A stretch of DNA of 64,000 bases from NCBI GenBank assembly GCA_045803545.1, contig JBJMOW010000005.1, positions 1,408,001-1,472,000 of the forward strand. Direction: 5' to 3'. Position 1 is the stretch's first letter. The number at the start of each line of letters is the position of its first letter. Below, one piece after another: positions 48,576 through 56,557 of the stretch. A program made the position numbers and the translations under genes. The notes under the pieces are model-generated. The model saw only the letters and a list, made by a program, of their open reading frames with translations, made no database searches and was not told the origin of the DNA. The DNA comes from Gemmatimonadaceae bacterium. GTDB lineage: Bacteria > Gemmatimonadota > Gemmatimonadetes > Gemmatimonadales > Gemmatimonadaceae.

Positions 48576-50189
48576 CTACCAAATTCGTCTGTCTATAATG
48601 TTCCGGTAGTGAAATCGTGTAACGATCAGCGACACACGTACAGCTGCGACACGTTCTACTTCCTCCACAAACTGAATTGTGTTTTCATCGAGTTGCTCGA
48701 AACGCCTTGCCTTGCGGTTCTCTATCCCGAGATAGTCCGTAAAGCTTAGGGCAATGTCCGTCGGTCCGTTCAAGGAAACCGCTTGCCGCAATTGCTTCCA
48801 ATCAAACTCGGCAACACGTCGGCTACGTTTTGTTGTTGTTGTAATCTCAGCTTCGGTGAGTTCTTTGAGAGGAATTTCCGAGCGGTGGGAGACATCCTGC
48901 CAAGTAATTTCGGTACCCATTGGGCCTGATGTTCCCCCGGCAGGGCTTTCTACCCTAATCGGGTAAGTCCGGCAGACCATTATTGCACGTCGAACCCGGG
49001 ACGGAGCAATTCCCGCATCGGCCAAGCAGCCGCTGACGCTAGTCTCGCGCGACGTGACGAAGGGGTACGCGCCGTGGTGTAAGCTGAGCGCAGTGCCCTG
49101 CGTTCCCTCTAGGAAAACGCGTCTTCCTTGTGCGAACGCGTCGTCCAGAAGGTCAAGAGTGGGGCGCACATACGGCTTGAAGTCTTCAATATCTCGAGCT
49201 AAGCGGACTGGTGGGGGTAAGGCACCCCGAAGAACCTTTCTCGCAGTCGCGAAGCCCACGCCCTGTCCTGTAGAGCCAATCGAGCCTTTGAGAGATTTTC
49301 CCTCTGATGCAATGTCCTCATCCTCGATGATCATCGCTTGTGGGTCCACAAAAAGCCGACCCACTTCCAGTCCACATTGATTGACTTCTTCAAAAAACTT
49401 CGAAGGACGGATCACTGATCCTGGGCCAAGCACGATTTGAGCACCTGGCGCCCTCATTGTGCCCGAGGGAATGTGATAGAATTTCGTGGGTTTCGGCTCC
49501 TCATATACGGTATGGCCGGCGTTCGGTCCGCCAACTCGCACGAGAACGTCGTATTCGGGGGCGAGATAAGCTGCGATGTTCCCCTTACCCTCACTCCCGT
49601 ACTGACCGCCGATCAAAACGTCTACGAGACGCTGGTATGAACGACCATACAACCCGAGGCGAGCAGCAACTCTAGCGAATACGTCTTCGGGACGGGAACG
49701 CGCCGTGTCGATTACAATGTCCGCAAGCGCCGCGAGGCTTTCGACATTTGCTTCAGTCGGGTCTGACCGAACTGCATCATAGCTTTCCAGCTCTTTAACC
49801 GCCCCTTTACGATGGAGGTAGCGACGCTCGAGAATTTCGATCGGCGCAGTCACATGAACATGGACGACACGCGGACCGAAGCCCTTTCTAACAGACTCGA
49901 TTTGGCCTGCCGTCCGAACAGCATCCACAAGCACATTTGTCCCGTCTGGGACACTCGTCACATAGCGAGCAAGCGCATCGCCTACCCACGCGCCCTTTGT
50001 CGCCTCATCAAGAGCGGCTCCGCCACCCTGCAATGCTGTCCGCTCGAGGGCGGAATCCTTAAGTGCAGAAATTAATTCTCGTGTTTTTAGCCATGCGAAC
50101 TTGTAAGTGTCACTCAGGTTCTCGGCGAGTGTAGTCTTGCCGCCAGCAACGGGGCCCGAGAGAAGAACGACCAGCCCCAAACGCTGCAT
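48576..50189 (-). CDS. Fusion of a P-loop NMP-kinase-like domain and a short-form adenylosuccinate synthetase homologue (PurZ/PurZ0-like)
   Basis: GPVAGGKTT, VLVDAVR, TAPIEILERRY; then GGQYGSEGKG, GGPNAGHT, IGSTGQGVG, EGTQG, YPFVTSR, RTYPIRV, TTTTKRSRRV, SFTDY. Confidence 0.9.
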   Translation of the reverse strand: MQRLGLVVLLSGPVAGGKTTLAENLSDTYKFAWLKTRELISALKDSALERTALQGGGAALDEATKGAWVGDALARYVTSVPDGTNVLVDAVRTAGQIESVRKGFGPRVVHVHVTAPIEILERRYLHRKGAVKELESYDAVRSDPTEANVESLAALADIVIDTARSRPEDVFARVAARLGLYGRSYQRLVDVLIGGQYGSEGKGNIAAYLAPEYDVLVRVGGPNAGHTVYEEPKPTKFYHIPSGTMRAPGAQIVLGPGSVIRPSKFFEEVNQCGLEVGRLFVDPQAMIIEDEDIASEGKSLKGSIGSTGQGVGFATARKVLRGALPPPVRLARDIEDFKPYVRPTLDLLDDAFAQGRRVFLEGTQGTALSLHHGAYPFVTSRETSVSGCLADAGIAPSRVRRAIMVCRTYPIRVESPAGGTSGPMGTEITWQDVSHRSEIPLKELTEAEITTTTKRSRRVAEFDWKQLRQAVSLNGPTDIALSFTDYLGIENRKARRFEQLDENTIQFVEEVERVAAVRVSLIVTRFHYRNIIDRRIW

Positions 50190-50201
50190 TTACGTGGAGT
50201 G

Positions 50202-51620
50202 CTAATTGAGTGATAGCGCAGTCTGTTCCGACTGCTGTGTGTTATGCGGGCGCGCGCTAGGAAGGTCGTACACGGTGACCCTCACGCCCTCCGGGCCAAA
50301 CGATGCGCGAATTAACGGCTCTATCACATCCCAGGACCCGCCCGCTTGACCGCAGCCGATTCTCGGCATATGGACTGTCGAGCGCGTCAACGCCGCCAAT
50401 TTTGCGACTTCTGCTAACCCTTTACGTAATGCGTCGTACCTGATCTTCGGCCGGACTGATGGTTTGTATCCGTGCTGGGCAACGATGCTAGCAACCATTA
50501 ATTCGGAATTCACATCTGCGATTCTTACGTTGCCCAGGCAAAGGTGGCGGCGGTCATCCGAAACCCACTGCTGGAAGTCGCTCTGCACGGAGGGGAGCGC
50601 ACTCCTTAAAGCCGAAGCGAACCCGCCTCCTCCCCAGTTCGGCGTCGCGTCATTCACAACGTGCACGATGATTCGCCGGCCACCAACACTTGGCTTGGTA
50701 GCGTCGCCTCGGACATATGTCAGCACGGGCTCTGATGGAGCGACCTCCGAGTCCGCGAATCGCAGCATTCCAACGACCCTCGGCAATCGCGCTCCCGGAT
50801 AGGGAGGGATTCCCACGCATTCAGCGACGAATTGCTTAGCATCCGTCTCTTGTGACACCAGCTGCCACGACTCCAGGCCTTTCGCTGTAAATCCAACGCC
50901 GACACAGCGTGCCGCAATAGTGCCCTGGGGCAGTAGGTCTCCTCGGGCTCCCCGCAAGTCGTTAGGCCAAGAATCCGACCCGATCAAGTACTCAAGCCGA
51001 TAGCGGCCGCGCCGAAGACCATCGTCTATATGCGCTGCGCAGAACATTGCGATCCGCAGATCACTCAACCGTGCAGATCGTATAAAAAGCGCTTCGGTAG
51101 AAACGTCGAACAGTTTTTGTTGATTGACGAGCTGATCGATATCGGTGTGTGTAGCTTTTTGGGAAGCCATTGCACCAAAAGGCATCAGTAATTCTGCAGC
51201 CGCGATGTTGCACAATGCTTCAAGCTGCCATTCGTCCCCTTTGACTTCCGTCCTCGTGGCTCGGTGTCGGACGGTATCCGCGTAATCCGGAAACAGCGTA
51301 TGAGCGATCTCGTGAGCCAAAGAGTAGTTCAGGCGGCCGCGCGGTCGGGTCGGGTTGAACTCGATGCGCGCCGACTTCCCTGTAGGAACCGTACGAGCAT
51401 CCCGGACGTCGGCGTTGGGCACTGTCTTGATTCCCAACAAATCCGCCAATTCGACTGGATCGTACGGAGGTCCACTCCATCCCCGATCAAGCGCACGTGC
51501 GACGGTCTCCCGTGCTTTCTCAGTCACGGCCGCGACCGGATCCACATCTCCGGCCAACGATAGCACCGATGCATTGGTCCAACGGGGGAGGCGCTTTGTC
51601 AATGGCTGGGACGCCAGCAC
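50202..51620 (-). CDS. Fusion of an ImmA/IrrE metallopeptidase and a C-terminal macrodomain (SCO6735/DarG class)
   Basis: AHEIAH (HExxH), EALCNIAAAELLMP; YVRGDAT, HVVND...WGGGGF, VAQHG, MPRIGCGQAGGSW. Confidence 0.9.
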   Translation of the reverse strand: MLASQPLTKRLPRWTNASVLSLAGDVDPVAAVTEKARETVARALDRGWSGPPYDPVELADLLGIKTVPNADVRDARTVPTGKSARIEFNPTRPRGRLNYSLAHEIAHTLFPDYADTVRHRATRTEVKGDEWQLEALCNIAAAELLMPFGAMASQKATHTDIDQLVNQQKLFDVSTEALFIRSARLSDLRIAMFCAAHIDDGLRRGRYRLEYLIGSDSWPNDLRGARGDLLPQGTIAARCVGVGFTAKGLESWQLVSQETDAKQFVAECVGIPPYPGARLPRVVGMLRFADSEVAPSEPVLTYVRGDATKPSVGGRRIIVHVVNDATPNWGGGGFASALRSALPSVQSDFQQWVSDDRRHLCLGNVRIADVNSELMVASIVAQHGYKPSVRPKIRYDALRKGLAEVAKLAALTRSTVHMPRIGCGQAGGSWDVIEPLIRASFGPEGVRVTVYDLPSARPHNTQQSEQTALSLN

Positions 51621-51647
51621 ACATCTACACCTGCAAAGGGTAGATGT
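51621..51647 (-). promoter_or_regulatory. Inverted repeat abutting the start codon of the IrrE-macro operon
   Basis: acatctac(a)cct-gcaa-agg-gtagatgt. Confidence 0.5.
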
Positions 51648-52072
51648 AATGTTTCGGAAACTTCAGGGGGACGAAAGGTCAATTCTCTATCACCCAAATG
51701 CACATTTCATATCATTGGCGAGCCGACGTATAGCTTAGGTGTTTCTTTTCATGCGAATATGATCTACCTGACAGGGCGATTACGACCTGCGCAACGCCAA
51801 TTATGGAAGCACGAAACCCAGTGGATGTTAGCCTTTTCGTTCACCATGGGCAGAATTCATTCATCCGACGCGCGTTAGTCTGCATTACGTGTCTTTGAAG
51901 TCATTGCCGCAGAACAATCTTGGAATCCCCGCGCCACGTATCGAAGTATTATTGTGCGTCGAGCAGCAACAAGAATAACGAGCTTGAAGATTACGTTAAC
52001 GCGGTGCGAGCGTGTCCGGAACGCGAGAATTCCCCGCTCTCGGCGAGTTAAGGGTTAACAGGTCAGGGATAC

Positions 52073-52675
52073 ATGCTGACGCTCCAAGATATCGTCGCTG
52101 ATTTCGCGCGCGCATTGAAGGCTGTCGATACGCAGGCGCCAGTTGGTAGTTCGCGGACGCGGAGGTACAAGCCGGGCGTCGGACCGCTGACGGAAGTTGC
52201 AGCTGTGGGAGCTGCCCTCGGACATCTAAGAAAGTTCAGCCGCGAGTACGAGCACGCGTCGCCAGCAACATATCCCAACAGCCGCCAAATTTGCGACCTG
52301 TTAATCCCGGGGGCCTGGGCAATTGAAGTAAAGCTCGTACGACCCTTTGGCGACAATGGTCGCCCTGCAGAACACTGGGCCGAGAATATTCTTTATCCTT
52401 ATAGCGGGACGACGAGCGCAATTGGTGATTGTTACAAGCTCCTGGAATCAACCTTTGCGGAAAAGAAGGCCGTTATCGTATTTGGGTTTGAACATACACC
52501 TCCGCAGCTTCCGTTGGAGCCAGCCATTCGCAGCTTTGAACTGATCGCACCACAGGTTTGTGGGATTGCGCTCGGGCAACGTGTGTCAGCCGATTTCACC
52601 GACTGCATACACCCCTCTCATCAGCAGGGTTATGTATATGGCTGGGAGGTCAACGGCTCGATTAGAGGAGCTTGA
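52073..52675 (+). CDS. PD-(D/E)XK nuclease-fold protein
   Basis: YPNSRQICDLLIPG.WAIEVK. Confidence 0.65.
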   Translation: MLTLQDIVADFARALKAVDTQAPVGSSRTRRYKPGVGPLTEVAAVGAALGHLRKFSREYEHASPATYPNSRQICDLLIPGAWAIEVKLVRPFGDNGRPAEHWAENILYPYSGTTSAIGDCYKLLESTFAEKKAVIVFGFEHTPPQLPLEPAIRSFELIAPQVCGIALGQRVSADFTDCIHPSHQQGYVYGWEVNGSIRGA

Positions 52676-52732
52676 TCACTGCGGGGGTCTTTTGTATTCG
52701 CTCGCTCCGGTACGGCAAGATAGTTTTCTTAC

Positions 52733-53959
52733 ATGAACGGTGCTCCCAAACTAGTTAGCCTTTTTACCGGTGCCGGTGGCTTAGATCTTGGCCTTGAAGC
52801 GTGTGGATTTGAGACTGCGCTTGCGGTCGAGATGGATCCCGATGCTTGCGACACTCTGCGACTGAATCGGACCTGGCCAGTCATACAGGCTGATATCAAC
52901 TCTCCCCAAGCGTCCTCAAAGGATATTCTTAGACAAGCTGGCCTGAAGGTCGGAGAAGCAGCTTTGCTTACGGGCGGGCCACCCTGTCAGCCTTTTAGTA
53001 AATCGGGTTATTGGGCAGGCGGTGACTCGAAGCGGCTGAACGATCCTCGTGCCTCAACGCTCGCTGCATATCTGCGGGTTCTGCGCGACATTCAGCCTCA
53101 AGCGTTCGTCATTGAGAACGTGCCGGGTATTGCATTCAGCGCCAAAAGCGAAGGCATCGAATTTTTAGAACGGTCAATCGATTCCATCAACAAAGAAATC
53201 GGAACTCGCTACTCGTTCAGACCCAAGCTTCTCAACGCCGCCGACTACGGCGTCCCGCAGGAGAGGCAACGCGTATTCATCGTAGGCCACCGCGACGGCA
53301 TGCAGTTCAAGTTTCCGGCCAAGACACATTACGCGCCCGATGAGCACTCTGCAGTATCGCAAGACTCGCACTATTTCACGGCATGGGACGCTATAGGAGA
53401 CCTCGAATCAGACGATGACGAATCGCTTCGGCTGTCAGGTAAGTGGGCAGATCTGCTACCTTCGATCCCCGAAGGTCAGAACTACCTTTTCCATACGATG
53501 CGGGGCGATGGAATTGCTCTTTTTGGTTGGAGGCGCCGCTATTGGAGCTTTCTTCTAAAACTCGCGAAGGCTCTTCCGTCTTGGACCATCGCGGCGCAGC
53601 CCGGACCCGCGATCGGACCGTTCCATTGGAAAAATCGGCGTTTATCGGCTACTGAGCTTTGCCGTTTGCAAACTTTCCCGGAGGGATACAAAATCGCGGG
53701 GCGGCGTAATTCGATTCAACGACAGTTGGGGAACGCTGTTCCGTCGGCGCTGGCTGCACAGCTGGGAGCGGCGATTCGCAAACAGCTTCTCGACGGAGGT
53801 GAGTGCATATCCGCCGCCGCTCTCTTTCCGAAGAGACGTGGGGCACCACCGCCGCCCGAACAGCCGCAGTCCGTTCCCGACAAATACTTACATCTCGAAG
53901 GCGAACACGCGGCGCATCCCGGAACGGGAAAAGGATACGGCGCACTCACTAGAGTTTGA
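52733..53959 (+). CDS. DNA (cytosine-5)-methyltransferase
   Basis: Motif I LFTGAGG, IV GGPPCQPFS, VI ENVPG, VIII YGVPQERQR, X QLGNAVP. Confidence 0.96.
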   Translation: MNGAPKLVSLFTGAGGLDLGLEACGFETALAVEMDPDACDTLRLNRTWPVIQADINSPQASSKDILRQAGLKVGEAALLTGGPPCQPFSKSGYWAGGDSKRLNDPRASTLAAYLRVLRDIQPQAFVIENVPGIAFSAKSEGIEFLERSIDSINKEIGTRYSFRPKLLNAADYGVPQERQRVFIVGHRDGMQFKFPAKTHYAPDEHSAVSQDSHYFTAWDAIGDLESDDDESLRLSGKWADLLPSIPEGQNYLFHTMRGDGIALFGWRRRYWSFLLKLAKALPSWTIAAQPGPAIGPFHWKNRRLSATELCRLQTFPEGYKIAGRRNSIQRQLGNAVPSALAAQLGAAIRKQLLDGGECISAAALFPKRRGAPPPPEQPQSVPDKYLHLEGEHAAHPGTGKGYGALTRV

Positions 53960-53962
53960 GTG

Positions 53963-55132
53963 TTACCCCTGCGCTGCTTTCATTAGAACTTCTTCGAGAT
54001 CGTTCGACCATGAATCGTCGACGGACACCTTGTTCGATAGCTTTCCAACACAGGTTGGATGCGCTTGAAGCGCCTGCGTAGTCTTGCTCCGAAAGGTCCA
54101 CGTCTCTGACTGGGCATGCAGACATGCCGCGACAACGTCGAAATCGCTGGGGCTATAGTACCTTGAGCACGGATTGGCGAGCGACGCCCTCGTCCGCATA
54201 AAATCGAGCCTCGCATTCCCAAATTTATCGGGCTTACGCAGTACGTTCTTACATTCGAGAAGAACGGGGTTACCGCGAGTCATAACAACACGGAAATCGG
54301 GCGATCCGTCTCCAGTTAACTGCTCGCAGCGCTTTAGTCTCTTAAACTGCTTTAATACATCTGCGAGGTGGCGCTCAGCTACCCAGCCGCGTACCGCCAT
54401 CTTGAGGCGCGGCGCTTGGCTTATTAAGTCGAGAATTTCAGAGCGAGGAAGATCGAATTCTTTCTCGAGAGCGTGGACTCGCTCGAGAGAGACAATCGGC
54501 AGCACATTGGACGGATCTGACTCCCGTTCGAGTGTCACAGATCGAAAACGTTCGGCGACTAGCTGGCGATGCCCTTGATCCTCCCCAAGCACCTCACGCT
54601 CAAAAAGGATGTATCGGAGGAAGTTCTCCGGCTTGCCACCCACAACGACCTCGACAGGTGAATCAGGCGTGCCGCGTTGATCACGCTCCCACGCATACCA
54701 GCCCTGCGAAAGAATTTCGTCCACGTGATGTTGCTTGAACTCCTTCGAGATGAAAAAGCGTGTGGGACTATTTAGGACAGGGTCGACGCCAACGAAGAAG
54801 TCTTGCTCGGGGTTGACGCCGAGCATGAGAGTCGTGTAAAGACCGTACGGATCCTGCCAGAGGTTATGAAGCACACCATCTTTCGACCCATACTTTATCT
54901 GAAACCGGTGCTCGTCGGCGGGGCGATTCTTGGTGACCCTTTCATTGGCTAAGAACGCATAAGCAACGATTCCCAACCTGTATCCCGAAGGAGTCTCGAA
55001 GGTCACTTGGAATGGAGCGGTGCCCGGTTGCGAGGCGCGGATTATAGAGCACCCACAGACTTCTAGGGACCTATAGATGAAGCGGGCGATCGGCTCTCGT
55101 GCGGCTTTGCTTACGCGATAGACTTCGAACAT
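53963..55132 (-). CDS. Putative restriction endonuclease: unassigned N-terminal domain plus PD-(D/E)XK domain
   Basis: RGWVAE, GSPDF, LLECKN, YSPSDFDVVAACL; lies between the MTase and vsr. Confidence 0.7.
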   Translation of the reverse strand: MFEVYRVSKAAREPIARFIYRSLEVCGCSIIRASQPGTAPFQVTFETPSGYRLGIVAYAFLANERVTKNRPADEHRFQIKYGSKDGVLHNLWQDPYGLYTTLMLGVNPEQDFFVGVDPVLNSPTRFFISKEFKQHHVDEILSQGWYAWERDQRGTPDSPVEVVVGGKPENFLRYILFEREVLGEDQGHRQLVAERFRSVTLERESDPSNVLPIVSLERVHALEKEFDLPRSEILDLISQAPRLKMAVRGWVAERHLADVLKQFKRLKRCEQLTGDGSPDFRVVMTRGNPVLLECKNVLRKPDKFGNARLDFMRTRASLANPCSRYYSPSDFDVVAACLHAQSETWTFRSKTTQALQAHPTCVGKLSNKVSVDDSWSNDLEEVLMKAAQG

Positions 55133-55596
55133 GCGCGGTGGCGAAGAAGTCTCTCGATCCTATCAACAGCCTTCGAAGGGCGGCGAAGCAAATCGGTTTC
55201 CCACACTCGTATGACCTTCCATCCCGCGGCCCGCAACAGCCGGTTAATCCGGCGGTCACGCTTGATATTTGATTCAATCTTGGGAATCCAATAGTCGGCG
55301 TTACTCCCGTTGAGTAGCCGTTCACGTCGCGCTTTCCAGTGGCGCCCGTGCCAGAAATCGCCGTCGAGAAACACCACTATTCGATCCTCAGGAAACGCGA
55401 AGTCCGGTCGCCCCAAGAAACCGGAAGAGGCAGATTTTGCTCGTAAACCGCGACTTCTTAACGCAGTGCGAAGGATTCGTTCAGGCTTAGTATTCGAGCT
55501 TCGATTGCCTTGCTTTGCGCGCGACGCATGGGGCGAGCTAGACGAAAAATTGGAGAACCGCGGAACTCTCCTTCCGATTTGCTGAGAACGACCCAT
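55111..55596 (-). CDS. vsr: Very short patch repair endonuclease
   Basis: NTKPE, GRPDF, FLDGDFWHG, YWIPKIESNIKRD, GWKVIRVWE. Confidence 0.93.
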   Translation of the reverse strand: MGRSQQIGRRVPRFSNFSSSSPHASRAKQGNRSSNTKPERILRTALRSRGLRAKSASSGFLGRPDFAFPEDRIVVFLDGDFWHGRHWKARRERLLNGSNADYWIPKIESNIKRDRRINRLLRAAGWKVIRVWETDLLRRPSKAVDRIERLLRHRACSKSIA

Positions 55597-55953
55597 GCGG
55601 ATAAAGAAAAACGGCGTGTGCTCGCCGGGATGAGGTTTCCCTGCTAGGCGTCCGGACCAGAACTCGCGTGATCCAGACCAAAACGTGTTGCGAGTTACGT
55701 CAGGGGCAGAACGACTCTTGTCCCAATGTAAAGTCAAATCGCTACTCATTCAAATCTGCTGGTCGGCGAATCCTGCCCGGGACGCTGGTCGCGTTCATCT
55801 GAGGCTTAATCCTCGCAGAAGATCGCCGTGCCTACGGCTATTTCGACGTCCGGCGAGGTGGATATGAGGCTACCGTCCGGAATGGTTCCGAGTTGCGCGG
55901 GTCAAGCGCCACCGCCAACAGGAAACCCCCAGCCCGACGGAACTTGCCCGTCA

Positions 55954-56547
55954 TCAGGCCCCGTGGAGATGACCAGCGGAGCGGTAAGTGTTGAGGAGGA
56001 CGCCCTTTGGCGTGCTCCGCGTTTCAACGAGCGATATACCACGCGCTGGGACCCCGTTTTCGAACAACCGCTTCCCTTCGCCGAGCACGACCGGAACGAT
56101 CCACAGTCGATATTCGTCGACGAGCTCGGCACCCATCAAGGTCTGCAGCAAGTTACTGCTGCCCCAGATGTGCAAATCCGGCCCATCCGATCCCTTCAGC
56201 CGACGGACCTCGCCCACGACATCGTCGCCAATGCGCACCGATTTCTTCCAGTCGAGTTTGTCGAGGGTGCGCGTGGCGACGTACTTCGTCGCCTTGTTGA
56301 ACGCGTTCGCGATGTTGCCAGTCTGCTTCGGCCAGTAGCCCACCCAGATCTCGTAGGTTCGGCGCCCCAGAACCAGATCGAACTCGGCGGCCATGATCTC
56401 GTCAATGACCTGGCGCAGTGTGTCGTCAATGAAGGGCATCGCCCAGCCGCCATGGGTGAACCCGTTGGTCGGATCCTCCTCGGGGCCACCGGGTCCTTGC
56501 ATGACGCCGTCGACCGTGAGCTGGACAATCGCAATGAGCTTTCTCAT
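55954..56547 (-). CDS. DHFR-like / RibD C-terminal domain protein
   Basis: LTVDGVMQGPGGPEED, LGRRTYE, GSSNL, PVVLGEGKRLF. Confidence 0.92.
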   Translation of the reverse strand: MRKLIAIVQLTVDGVMQGPGGPEEDPTNGFTHGGWAMPFIDDTLRQVIDEIMAAEFDLVLGRRTYEIWVGYWPKQTGNIANAFNKATKYVATRTLDKLDWKKSVRIGDDVVGEVRRLKGSDGPDLHIWGSSNLLQTLMGAELVDEYRLWIVPVVLGEGKRLFENGVPARGISLVETRSTPKGVLLNTYRSAGHLHGA

Positions 56548-56557
56548 TGGCCCTAAT

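Noticed and set aside
48576..50189. Housekeeping purA, or a Z-genome prophage
   Set aside because: The Asp-to-Ser change, kinase fusion and context argue against purA; no datZ, mazZ, polymerase or virion genes support a prophage.
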